From assembly GCA_963755025.1 (NCBI GenBank), contig CAVWIH010000033.1, positions 32,001 to 96,000 of the forward strand: DNA of 64,000 nt. Direction: 5' to 3'. Under the pieces are notes generated by a model that was not told where the DNA came from, did no database searches, and saw only the letters and a list, made by a program, of their open reading frames with translations. Shown here piece after piece: positions 20,553 through 29,673 of the stretch. Each line of letters opens with the position of its first letter. Positions within the stretch are counted from its first letter, which is position 1. Origin of the DNA: an uncultured Actinomycetes bacterium (lineage in GTDB: Bacteria; Actinomycetota; Thermoleophilia; UBA2241). The translations under genes and the position numbers were made by a program.

Positions 20553-22010
20553 ATGGGCGATCTCGGCGGCGACATCACGGTGCGCGACGGCCACCTTACC
20601 CTCGACGGAGTCGACCTGGTCGAGCTCGCCCGGCGGGCGCCGACGCCGTTCTTCGTCTACTCGCCGCGGCGCATCCGCTGGAACGTGAGCAGCCTGGTCA
20701 ACGCCTTCACCCGGCGCCACCTCGACACCGAGATCTACTTCGCCAGCAAGGCCTGCTCGAACCTGTGGTTCCTGGGCGAGGTGCGGCGCACCGGCATCAA
20801 CGTCGAGGTCAACTCGGGCGGCGAGCTCTGGAAGGCGCGGCGCGCCGGCTTTGCCCCCCGGCAGATCATCTTCAACGGCGTCGCCAAGACGCGCGACGAG
20901 ATCGGCGCCGCGCTGGTCGCCGGCGTCGCCGGCCTCACGGTCGACTCGCTCTACGAGCTCGAGCGCATCGGCGAGGTGGCCGCCGCGCTCGACTGCGCCG
21001 CGCCGGTCGACTTGCGCATCGACCTGAACGTGCCGACGCTGACCCACCCCGGCCTGGTGACCGCCCACGGCGGCAAGTTCGGCATCGACTTAGACGACGC
21101 GCCCGACGCCTTTGCCTACGCGGCCGCTAGCAAGGCGCTCGACCTGCGCGGCCTGCACGTGCACGTGGGCTCGCAGATCACCGGCGCCGAGCCCTACCGG
21201 GCGGCCCTCGGCAAGGCGCTCGACCTGGTCGACGAGCTCGCCGCGGGCGGCATCCGCCTGGAGCGCCTGAACGCGGGGGGCGGCTTCGCCATCCCGTATC
21301 GCGACCAGTCCGTGTGCGAGTCGTCGGATTACTTCTGCGCGCCGCTCACGATCGACGACTACGCCGAAGCCATCTGCGAGACCCTCGAGCGGCGCGCTCC
21401 CGGGCTCAAGCTGCTGCTCGAGCCAGGCCGCTTCATCGCCGGGAACACGGCCCTGCTCGTGACGACCATCGAGAACGCCAAGGTCAAGGGCCTGCGCGAC
21501 CCCGCGGGCATCCGCGTGGGCGAAGAGCGCTGGCTCACGGTCGACGCCGGCTTCAACACCCTGCTCGAGCACACCAACTACCGCTGGTACTACCGCGCCG
21601 TGGTGGCCAGCCGCGCCGACGAAGACGCGGACACGCCGTTCCGCCTGGCGGGGCCGCTGTGCGACGGCGGCGACGTGTTCGCCGGCGACGACGACACGCC
21701 CTACCGGCGCTTTCCGGCGGCGAGCGCGCCCGGCGACGTGGTCGCGTTCTTCGACGCCGGCGCCTACACGCTCGAGCTCATGACCCCCTACAACGCCCGG
21801 CCCACGGCCGCCGCCTACGCCGCCGAGCGCGGCGAGGCCCGTCCGATCCGCCTGGCCGAGGGCCTCGAGGGACTGGTGTCGGCCGACGTCGCTCCCGGCG
21901 TCGCAGCAGACCGCTCGAGCGCTCCTGCGGCCGCGCCCCGCTCGAGCGCTCCCGCCGCGGCGCCCGCAACGCGTGCAACGCGCGGCGCGAAGGCCGACGA
22001 CTGCGGGTAG
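20553..22010 (+). CDS. LysA-family PLP decarboxylase, most like D-ornithine/D-lysine decarboxylase (DokD)
   Basis: FASKACS, DSLYELE, THPGLVTA, HVHVGSQ, EPGR, LAGPLCDGGD, DAGAYT; TATAAT at 20501. Confidence 0.8.
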   Translation: MGDLGGDITVRDGHLTLDGVDLVELARRAPTPFFVYSPRRIRWNVSSLVNAFTRRHLDTEIYFASKACSNLWFLGEVRRTGINVEVNSGGELWKARRAGFAPRQIIFNGVAKTRDEIGAALVAGVAGLTVDSLYELERIGEVAAALDCAAPVDLRIDLNVPTLTHPGLVTAHGGKFGIDLDDAPDAFAYAAASKALDLRGLHVHVGSQITGAEPYRAALGKALDLVDELAAGGIRLERLNAGGGFAIPYRDQSVCESSDYFCAPLTIDDYAEAICETLERRAPGLKLLLEPGRFIAGNTALLVTTIENAKVKGLRDPAGIRVGEERWLTVDAGFNTLLEHTNYRWYYRAVVASRADEDADTPFRLAGPLCDGGDVFAGDDDTPYRRFPAASAPGDVVAFFDAGAYTLELMTPYNARPTAAAYAAERGEARPIRLAEGLEGLVSADVAPGVAADRSSAPAAAPRSSAPAAAPATRATRGAKADDCG

Positions 22011-22130
22011 CGCGCGTAACGCGCGGTGCGAAGGCCGACGACTGCGGGTAGCGTGCGTAATGCGCGGTGCGAAGGCCGACGACTGCACGTAGCGCCGGCC
22101 GCCAAGTCCGACGACTGCGGGTAGCGCGCG
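21977..22130 (+). repeat. 41-bp tandem repeat, 3 copies plus a degenerate 4th
   Basis: Core gcgaaggccgacgactgcgggtagcg; aggccgac at 21991, 22032 and 22073, variant at 22105. Confidence 0.9.
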
Positions 22131-22153
22131 CGGCGACTGGTCGGAACGGCGGC

Positions 22154-23254
22154 CTACAGCGCGGCGGCGAGCTGCGCGTCGAGGCCGGCCGTGACGGCGA
22201 ACTTGAGCGCGAGGTCGCAGAAGGCGCGCGTGTTGGGCAGCGCGCGACGGTGCAGCTGGGCGGGCTGGGCGAACGCAGCCACCGGCATGATGACCTCGAC
22301 GCCGGCCGCCCGGCAGGCCGACACGACCTCGTCGCGGCGCGCGCGCGACGGCGCCAGGGCGATCGTCCACTGCCAGTTGGGCTCTCCGCCCTCGCCCACG
22401 TCGAGCACCGCCAGGCCGGCGGCGTGCAGCCGCCGGCTCACCGTCGAGGCGAGCTCGCGGCGGCGAGCGACGGCCTCGGTGAGCCCGGCGAGCACGCGCG
22501 CTCCGGCCGATGCCGCAGCTTCGTCGATGCGGTAGCCGTTGACCATGCCGTCGGCACAGTCGTGCGAGAAGCATTCGTCGTCGGTGGCGATGACGGTCGA
22601 GCGCAGCGCGATCAGGTGGCGTTCGAGGTTCTCAGCGGCGGTCGAGATGAGGCCGCCCGCCGACGGCGAGCCGCCGAAGGCGAAGGTCGCGAGCTTGCCG
22701 GTCGAGCCCACCGGGTGGCCCCCGACTGTGGCGCCCAGCGCCGCGCGGCAGTCTTCGATCAGGGCGATGCCGCGGTCGTCGGCGACGCGGCGCAGATCGT
22801 CGGTGGGGGAGGGGTACCCGGCTTCGTGGACGGTGAGCAGTGCCCGCGTACGCGGACCGATGAGGCGGTTGGCGTCGGCGGCTTCGAGGAACGGCCGGTG
22901 AGGCGCCTCGATGTCGGCGAAGATGGGGCGGCCGCCGGCGAGGATGACGAGGTTGGCGATCGCCGACGACGAGACGGCCGGCATGATGACTTCGCCGCCG
23001 TCGCCCACGTCGATCGCGAGCAAGGCGAGGTGCAGGGCGGCCGAACCTCCGGCGACCGGCACGACGCGCCGTTCGAGGAGGGCCTCGGCGGCCTTCTGCA
23101 GGCGTACCGCCGCGGCTCCCTGGGTGAGCCAGCCGGACTTAAGGGCGCCCGCTGTAAGGTCGGCGCTCTCGCGCTCGCTGTCGCCGGTCACGGTCCGCTT
23201 GCGTGGGAACCTGACCACCTTGTCGTCGCTCGATTCCACCTGCTTGCCCCTCAT
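22154..23254 (-). CDS. DegT/DnrJ/EryC1/StrS-like protein lacking the catalytic lysine loop
   Basis: SGWLTQG, GGSAALHLAL, PIFADI, IEDC; the SF-x3-K loop reads TFAFGGSPSAGG. Confidence 0.78.
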   Translation of the reverse strand: MRGKQVESSDDKVVRFPRKRTVTGDSERESADLTAGALKSGWLTQGAAAVRLQKAAEALLERRVVPVAGGSAALHLALLAIDVGDGGEVIMPAVSSSAIANLVILAGGRPIFADIEAPHRPFLEAADANRLIGPRTRALLTVHEAGYPSPTDDLRRVADDRGIALIEDCRAALGATVGGHPVGSTGKLATFAFGGSPSAGGLISTAAENLERHLIALRSTVIATDDECFSHDCADGMVNGYRIDEAAASAGARVLAGLTEAVARRRELASTVSRRLHAAGLAVLDVGEGGEPNWQWTIALAPSRARRDEVVSACRAAGVEVIMPVAAFAQPAQLHRRALPNTRAFCDLALKFAVTAGLDAQLAAAL

Positions 23255-23528
23255 CTGTCGCTACCGCATGACACCGCAAGAGCTGCGTACCCGTTCTCGC
23301 TGGAAACAAGGCGTGTGGCGGCGGGCGGCGGCGGGGCGGCGGCGGGCGGCGGACGGGGGTCGTAGCGCCGCGACGCGAGGCGGGGGACGGGCGGTCCGCG
23401 GGAGCGTGGAACCGCGACGCGCGGCGGGCGGCGGCGGGCCGGGGACCGGCCCGCCGCCGCCCGCCGCGAGCACCGGTCGGCTGCAGGATGCCGCGCGCAT
23501 GCTCTGGCGTGAGTCGCGACGCGGATGG

Positions 23529-24695
23529 TCAGATGACGACCGTGGCCCGCGTATGGGCGAAGCGGTAGCGGCAGGAGGAGCTGCCCAGCTTCCAGTAGAC
23601 GTGGTAGTGGTCGGTGGTGTGGGCGTCGACCACCCGTTGCCCGGCGCTGTTGGTGCCGACGAGCTCGGCCACGTGGTCCCAGGTGCCGTCGCCGGTCCAG
23701 TCGTAGTAGATGAAGTCGCCGGTCGTGAGGTCGCTGACCGACGACACGAAGTCGGTGTATTTGAGGTTCCAGGCGCCCTGCTGGTTGGTGACCGCGATCC
23801 AGGCGTGGCTGTAGGTGTCGTTGCCCGGCGCGCTGCTGCCGTTCTTGTCGTACCACCAGCCCGAGGCGTAGGTGCTGCCGAACTGCGGGTAGCCGCCGGC
23901 GTACATGACCTGCGAGCCGAAGTTCGCGCAGTCGGCGCTGAAGCTCGTGTAGGTGGGGTTGTAGGAGAGCGCGTAGCGGTCGGCGTAGGCCTTGGCGGCG
24001 GCGCGGTCGTAGCTGAGCTGGGCCACGTAGCCGGGCGCCGCGTCGACGGCCGTGGGCGCCGGCGCGACCGTGGGTACGTTACGCACGCGTTGTTCGAGGC
24101 GGCTCGCCGCCGCCGCGACGGCCTTTGCCGGCGCACCGGCGGCTTCGAGCAGGCGCGGCGTGAGGTCGGACGTGTAGCGGTCGGCGGTGACCAGCCAGCG
24201 GCCGTGACGGTGCACGAGGGTGAGCACGTGATCGAGGCCCTCGCCGTCTGAGTCGGTGCGGCCGGCGCGGCTTGTCCAGGTGTCGAGGGTGACGGCGCGA
24301 GCGCCGACCGTGGCGACGCCGGTCGTGGGCGAGACGTGCACGGCGCTCAGCGTGATGTGGCAGGCGACCGCCGTGGTGGTGTGGCCCAGTGCGGCGGCCA
24401 GACGGCGCGCGCCGACCGCCAGGGTAGCCTCGCGGCGCGCGAGCGCCGTGCCCGGCGCGCAACGCGCGGCGAGGCTTCGGGCCTGGGCGGGGCCGAGCAC
24501 GGCGTGGGCGCGCGCCTGCAGGTAGGCGGCGGCCGCCGCCGCGGGCCCGGCGGCGGCGCGGGCCGCGGCGGCACGCGGGCCGTGGAGCGCCGCCGCGACC
24601 GGGGCGCGGTGTGCGGCGGCCAGCGGCGGCGCCGCGGCGAGTGGGACGACGAGCAGCGCAAGCAGCGCCGTTCGCGGGTGCGGGAGGTGGAGCAT
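23529..24695 (-). CDS. Secreted Amidase_6-domain (YhbB-like) putative cell-wall hydrolase
   Basis: Signal peptide; YDRAAAKAYA, DCANFGSQ..AGG, GDFIYYDW, DH, DAHT. Confidence 0.85.
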   Translation of the reverse strand: MLHLPHPRTALLALLVVPLAAAPPLAAAHRAPVAAALHGPRAAAARAAAGPAAAAAAYLQARAHAVLGPAQARSLAARCAPGTALARREATLAVGARRLAAALGHTTTAVACHITLSAVHVSPTTGVATVGARAVTLDTWTSRAGRTDSDGEGLDHVLTLVHRHGRWLVTADRYTSDLTPRLLEAAGAPAKAVAAAASRLEQRVRNVPTVAPAPTAVDAAPGYVAQLSYDRAAAKAYADRYALSYNPTYTSFSADCANFGSQVMYAGGYPQFGSTYASGWWYDKNGSSAPGNDTYSHAWIAVTNQQGAWNLKYTDFVSSVSDLTTGDFIYYDWTGDGTWDHVAELVGTNSAGQRVVDAHTTDHYHVYWKLGSSSCRYRFAHTRATVVI

Positions 24696-24717
24696 GGCGA
24701 CCCCCTTTCGGGTCGGT

Positions 24718-25359
24718 TTACGGGCTTGTGCGGACCGCCTTGACCAGCCAGTCCCCCGCGCTCCGGTCTCGCGCCAGAGTGAAGTACAGCGTCGTCGGGC
24801 CGCCCGGCAGCGGGCAGCCCCGCCGCACCGTGAGGCGCACGGTCGCGGCGAGGGTGACGACGTCGGCGCGAGAGTCTCCCCAGACTCGCGCCGAGATGAA
24901 GTCGATACGACGGATGGTGTGCAGGCTGCGCCACGGCCAGTCGCGCCTGCCGGCGAGCAGCCGGTGGGCGGCCGCCAGGCGGCGCTTGCTGACGAGGCGG
25001 CTGAACTGCGCGACGGTGCAGGCCGCTTCGAGGCCCCTGGTGCCGACGCTCTCGGCAGCCTGCGTGCCGCCGGCCGGTGCGCCCTGCACCGGTGCGCCGC
25101 CGGCCGACGCGCCTTGCACCGGCGTGCCCTGCGCTTGCGCGTCTTGCACCGGCGCGTCGCCGGCCGACGCGCCGGGGAGCGGCGAGCCCGAGGCCGCAGG
25201 CCTCGGGCTCGCCGCTACGGCGGTGGGCCCTGCCGGCGCCGAGGGGCCGAGTGCCGTCCGCCCGCAGGCCGCCCAGACCCCCACGACCGCGAGCACCGCG
25301 GCGCCGGCGACCAGCCAGCGGGCGGCGGCGACGAGCAGGCGATGGGAGCGCAGGTCCAT
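24718..25359 (-). CDS. Exported protein with C-terminal NTF2-like (DUF4829-like) domain
   Basis: Hydrophobic N-terminus, PVQ repeats, C-terminal TTLYFTLAR..WLV. Confidence 0.5.
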   Translation of the reverse strand: MDLRSHRLLVAAARWLVAGAAVLAVVGVWAACGRTALGPSAPAGPTAVAASPRPAASGSPLPGASAGDAPVQDAQAQGTPVQGASAGGAPVQGAPAGGTQAAESVGTRGLEAACTVAQFSRLVSKRRLAAAHRLLAGRRDWPWRSLHTIRRIDFISARVWGDSRADVVTLAATVRLTVRRGCPLPGGPTTLYFTLARDRSAGDWLVKAVRTSP

Positions 25360-25473
25360 GCCGTCGATGCTGCGCCCGTGCCGCGAGAGCGACAAGGATG
25401 ACGACCGGCTCTTCGCGGTGACGTTCGCGAGGGGAGCGACGATGGCCACGTTCGGGCCGCGACCCGCGCGGGT

Positions 25474-25507
25474 ATTGTTGACAAGACTTATCGAGTTCCT
25501 GTACGAA
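25474..25507 (+). promoter_or_regulatory. Promoter with overlapping IscR/Rrf2-like operator
   Basis: ATTGTTGACAAGACTTATCGAGTTC (TTGACA at 25478), an AT-rich patch resembling IscR type-1 boxes, directly before the Rrf2 gene. Confidence 0.6.
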
Positions 25508-25517
25508 TCGACCGTCG

Positions 25518-25961
25518 ATGAATATCTCCGCCAAAAGCAAGTACGCCGTGCGCGCCTTGGTCGAGCTCGCCGAACGCAGCCAGTCGCAGCCCGAGCGCCT
25601 CGTGCGGCTGACCGACGTGGCCGGCGCGCGCGGCATCCCGCTGCAGTTCCTCGAGCAGCTCTTCGCGGCGCTGCGCCGCGCGGGGATCGTCAACAGCCGG
25701 CGCGGCGCCAGCGGCGGGTTCCTGCTCGCCCGGCCGGCGGCCAAGATCACCGTCCTCGAGGTGGTCGAGGTGCTCGACGGCCTGGTGTCGCCGGCGGTGT
25801 GCACCCAGGGCGAGTGCCAGCGCATCGAAGAGTGCGGCCCCGCGGCCGTGTGGCTCGAAGCCAAGGAGGCCCTCGAGCAGGTGTTGCGCCAGACCACGAT
25901 CGCCGATCTCGTCGAGCGCGAGCGCCTGCGCGTGCCGCACGAGGCCATGTACTACATCTAG
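25518..25961 (+). CDS. Rrf2-family regulator (IscR/CymR-like) with three Cys
   Basis: YAVRAL, FLEQLF, SRRGASGGF, CTQGECQRIEEC. Confidence 0.92.
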   Translation: MNISAKSKYAVRALVELAERSQSQPERLVRLTDVAGARGIPLQFLEQLFAALRRAGIVNSRRGASGGFLLARPAAKITVLEVVEVLDGLVSPAVCTQGECQRIEECGPAAVWLEAKEALEQVLRQTTIADLVERERLRVPHEAMYYI

Positions 25962-25973
25962 CCGGAGGACCGC

Positions 25974-26927
25974 GTGAACATCGCAGACGACATCACCACC
26001 CTGATCGGCGGCACCCCGCTCGTGCGCCTGCGGGCGCTCTCGGAGCGCAGCGGCGCGAACATCGTGGGCAAGCTCGAGTCGTTCAACCCGGGCGGCAGCG
26101 TCAAGGACCGCATAGGCCTGGCCATGGTCGACGCCGCCGAGCAGGCCGGCACCATCGCGCCGGGACGCACCACCCTGGTCGAGCCGACCAGCGGCAACAC
26201 CGGCATCGCCCTGGCCCTCATGGCCGCGGCGCGCGGCTACCGGCTCGTCCTCACCATGCCCGACACATTCAGCATCGAGCGGCGCAACCTGCTGCGCGCC
26301 TACGGCGCCGAGCTCGTGCTCACGCCCGGTGCCGAGGGCATGCGCGGCGCCATCGCCCGCGCCGGAGAGCTCGTGGCCGCGGCCGACGACGCCTTCATGC
26401 CGCAGCAGTTCGAAAACCCGGCCAACCCGGCCATCCATCGCGCCACCACCGCCGAAGAGATTTGGCGCGACACCGACGGCGCGGTCGACGCGTTCGTGGC
26501 CGGCGTGGGCACCGGCGGCACTCTCACGGGCGTGGGCCAGGTGCTCAAGGAGCGCAAGCCCGGGGTCAAGGTCTACGCGGTCGAGCCGGCCAAGTCGCCG
26601 GTGCTGTCGGGCGGTCAGCCCGGGCCGCACCGCATCCAAGGCATCGGCGCCGGCTTTATCCCCGCCGTCCTCGACGTCGACGTCTACGACGAGATCATCA
26701 AGGTGCCGGGCGACAAGGCCATGGAGACGGCCCGCGCCCTGGCGTCGGGCGAGGGCATCCTGGTGGGCATCTCGGCCGGCGCCAACGCCTTCGCCGCCGC
26801 CGAGATCGGCGCGCGCCCCGAGTACCGCGGCAAGCTCATCGTCACCGTGCTGTGCGACACCGGCGAACGCTACCTCTCGACGCCCCTGTTCGCCGATCAG
26901 GGCGCGCCGGCCATGACGGGCGGCTGA
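25974..26927 (+). CDS. cysK: Cysteine synthase A
   Basis: [34 protein letters not shown]. Confidence 0.97.
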   Translation: MNIADDITTLIGGTPLVRLRALSERSGANIVGKLESFNPGGSVKDRIGLAMVDAAEQAGTIAPGRTTLVEPTSGNTGIALALMAAARGYRLVLTMPDTFSIERRNLLRAYGAELVLTPGAEGMRGAIARAGELVAAADDAFMPQQFENPANPAIHRATTAEEIWRDTDGAVDAFVAGVGTGGTLTGVGQVLKERKPGVKVYAVEPAKSPVLSGGQPGPHRIQGIGAGFIPAVLDVDVYDEIIKVPGDKAMETARALASGEGILVGISAGANAFAAAEIGARPEYRGKLIVTVLCDTGERYLSTPLFADQGAPAMTGG

Positions 26928-27823
26928 TGGGCGACGTCGCACACGACGGCCCCGCCGGCGCGGCGCCGCTCACCGCCGGCGCGGCGCCGCCCGCCGCCGT
27001 GGGCCCGTTGCTCGACTCGCTCGAAGCCCAGCTCAAGCCGCTGGGGCGCGTCTGCGTGGCGTTCTCGGGCGGGGTCGACTCGAGCGTGGTGCTGGCGGTC
27101 GCCGCGCGTGTGCTGGGCGCCGCCCAGGTGCTGGCGTTCACGGCGGTCTCCGAGACCTACCGCGACGACGAGCTCACCGCCGCGCGCGCCCTGGCCAAGG
27201 GGCTCGGCGTGCGTCACGTCACGTGGCGCACGCGCGAGCTCGACGACCAGCGCTTCGTCGACAACAGCCGCGAGCGCTGCTACTACTGCAAGGCGACGCT
27301 GCTCGAGGCCATGACGAAGGCCGCCTCAGAGGCCGGCGTCGGCGCCCTGATCGACGGCGCCAACCGCGACGACCTGGGCGACGAGCGTCCCGGTATGCGC
27401 GCCTCAGCCGAGCGCGGTGTACGCCACCCGCTGATCGACGCCGGCCTCGGCAAAGACGAGGTGCGCGCCCTCGCCCGGGCGCTCGATCTGCCCGTCTGGA
27501 GCAAGCCGGCCGAGGCCTGCCTGGCATCGCGCATCGCTTACGACGAGCCGGTGACCGCCGACAAGCTGCGCCAGGTGGCCGCCGCCGAAGACGTGCTGCG
27601 CGAGCTCGGCCTGGGCCCCGTACTGCGCGTGCGCTACCATGGCGACGTCGCCCGCATCGAGCTCGCCGCCGACGCCGTGTCGCGCGCCGCCGAGCCCGCC
27701 GTGCGCGACGCCATCGTGGCCCGCCTGCGCGCCCTGGGCTTCACCTTTGTCACCCTTGACCTGCAGGGTTTTCGCTCCGGAAGCATGAACGAAGCACCCG
27801 CGATTCCGAAAGGAGCGGCCTAA
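26927..27823 (+). CDS. larE: LarE-family PP-loop sulfur transferase
   Basis: AFSGGVDS, RCYYCK, DGANRDD, RPG, ACLASR, GFRSGSMN. Confidence 0.92.
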   Translation: MGDVAHDGPAGAAPLTAGAAPPAAVGPLLDSLEAQLKPLGRVCVAFSGGVDSSVVLAVAARVLGAAQVLAFTAVSETYRDDELTAARALAKGLGVRHVTWRTRELDDQRFVDNSRERCYYCKATLLEAMTKAASEAGVGALIDGANRDDLGDERPGMRASAERGVRHPLIDAGLGKDEVRALARALDLPVWSKPAEACLASRIAYDEPVTADKLRQVAAAEDVLRELGLGPVLRVRYHGDVARIELAADAVSRAAEPAVRDAIVARLRALGFTFVTLDLQGFRSGSMNEAPAIPKGAA

Positions 27824-28627
27824 GTGAACCGCACCATGGGCACCGCCGCCGACCTAGCCGAGGGCGCCTGGTGCGCCGCGCGCAAGGCCAGGCCGCGCCA
27901 TTTCGTCGAGCGCATGCGCCGCGACGTGCAGGCGGTCAAGGACCGCGACCCGGCGGCCACCAGCACCTTCGAGATCGTCACCTCGTACTCCGGCCTGCAC
28001 GCCCTCTGGATGCACCGCCTCGCCCACCCGCTGTACCGCTGCGGCATGCCGGTCGTGCCGCGCTGGATCAGCCAGTTCAACCGTTTCGTGACCGGCATCG
28101 AGATCCACCCCGGGGCGACGATCGGCGAGGGCTTCTTCGTCGACCACGGCTCGGGCGTGGTGATCGGCGAGACCGCCGAGATCGGCGACAACGTCACGAT
28201 CTACCAGGGCGTGACCCTGGGCGGCACCGGCAAGGAGCACGGCAAGCGCCACCCCACCCTGGGCGACAACATCGTGGTGGGCTCGGGCGCCAGCGTGCTC
28301 GGCTCCATCCACATCGGCGACAACGCCAAGGTGGGTTCGGGCAGCGTGGTCGTGCACGACGTGCCGGCCAACGCCACGGTGGTCGGCAACCCGGGCCACC
28401 CGGTGATCGTCGACGGCCAGCGCGTGGGCATCCCCGACATCGACTACACGCACCTGCCCGACCCTGTGGCCGAGGCCCTCAAGTGCGTGGTCGACCGCAT
28501 CATCGCCCTCGAGCAGGAGCTCGACGAGGTCAACCCCGAGCGCAAGGCCTTGCGCCGCGACCGCATAGTGCGCAACCAGGAGAAGCTCGACCGCCTGCTG
28601 CACTTCAGCGAGGGTGGCGGCATCTGA
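27824..28627 (+). CDS. cysE: Serine O-acetyltransferase
   Basis: RDPAA, TGIEIHPGA, GVTLGGTGKEHGKRHPT. Confidence 0.97.
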   Translation: MNRTMGTAADLAEGAWCAARKARPRHFVERMRRDVQAVKDRDPAATSTFEIVTSYSGLHALWMHRLAHPLYRCGMPVVPRWISQFNRFVTGIEIHPGATIGEGFFVDHGSGVVIGETAEIGDNVTIYQGVTLGGTGKEHGKRHPTLGDNIVVGSGASVLGSIHIGDNAKVGSGSVVVHDVPANATVVGNPGHPVIVDGQRVGIPDIDYTHLPDPVAEALKCVVDRIIALEQELDEVNPERKALRRDRIVRNQEKLDRLLHFSEGGGI

Positions 28628-28708
28628 GCGCGCAGGCCGGTCCGGCCCGGTTTGCGGGTATGCTACTATCGGCCGTCAATCAGCACACAGGGAGAGTGAT
28701 CTGCAGCC

Positions 28709-29017
28709 GTGAGTCACGTCCGACGTCTCGTTCTTGACGTTCTCAAACCGCACATGCCCACCATGCTCAACCTGGCCGACAAGCTCGGCGACCTCGAAGG
28801 CATCGCCGGCGTCGACATCACCCTGTTCGAGATCGACAACAAGGTCGAGAACATCAAGATCACCCTCGAAGGCAACGACATCGACTACCAGGAAGTCGCC
28901 GAGGTCATCCAGGACTCCGGGGGCAGCATCCACTCCATCGACAAGGTGTCGACCGGCCGCCAGCTCATCGACGAAGCCGAGACCCCGCAGGATGCCAGCG
29001 CCCGCTGGATGCGGTGA
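28709..29017 (+). CDS. DUF211-family protein
   Basis: RRLVLDVLKPH...GGSIHSID, characteristic of DUF211. Confidence 0.8.
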   Translation: MSHVRRLVLDVLKPHMPTMLNLADKLGDLEGIAGVDITLFEIDNKVENIKITLEGNDIDYQEVAEVIQDSGGSIHSIDKVSTGRQLIDEAETPQDASARWMR

Positions 29018-29039
29018 CCGTCAGCCACCGGCCTAGCAC

Positions 29040-29663
29040 ATGAGCCCCGCGACCGCCCCCGGCGCCACGGGCTGGCTGCGCGACAAGATCGCGACCCTGC
29101 GCCACTACCACCGCGTCGCCGAGGTCGGCGAGATCGCCCGGCGCTACTTCGCCATGAACGCCTTCGACGGCGTGCTCACCACCCTGGGCGTGCTCGTGGG
29201 CAGCTACATCGGCCGCGTGCACTCGGCCCACCAGGTCATCGCCGTCGGGCTGGGCGCGGCCGTCGCCATGGGCATCTCCGGTTTTTACGGCTCCTATCTG
29301 ATCGAGCGCGCCGAGCGCGACCGCTCGCTGCGCGAGCTCGAAGACGTCACCCTGTCGAGCCTCGAAGACTCCGACATCGCGGCCGCCTCGACCTACGCCA
29401 CCATCGTCATCGCCTGCGTCGACGGCATCTCGCCGTTCGTGGCCGCGGCGCTCGTGCTGCTGCCCTTCTTCTTCGGCTCTGTCGTCAGCCTGAACGCCGC
29501 GTACGTGAGCGGCGTGGTCATCGCCTTCGTCGAGCTCTTCGCGCTCGGTCTCTTCTTGGGTCGCGTGTCGCGCCAGCGCCTGATCTGGTCGGGCATGAAG
29601 CTCGCCGTGGCCGGCGTGCTGTGCCTCGCCCTGAGCGCGCTGCTCGACTGGGGCCTGCGATGA
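29040..29663 (+). CDS. VIT1/CCC1-like membrane protein (TIGR00267-like)
   Basis: RRYFAMNAFDGVLT, AMGISG, ERAER, about 5 TMs. Confidence 0.75.
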   Translation: MSPATAPGATGWLRDKIATLRHYHRVAEVGEIARRYFAMNAFDGVLTTLGVLVGSYIGRVHSAHQVIAVGLGAAVAMGISGFYGSYLIERAERDRSLRELEDVTLSSLEDSDIAAASTYATIVIACVDGISPFVAAALVLLPFFFGSVVSLNAAYVSGVVIAFVELFALGLFLGRVSRQRLIWSGMKLAVAGVLCLALSALLDWGLR

Positions 29664-29673
29664 GGCGGCCATC

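Noticed and set aside
21977-22130. Possible mini CRISPR array
   Set aside because: Inter-core sequences are near-identical rather than unique spacers, the period is only 41 bp, and no cas genes are present
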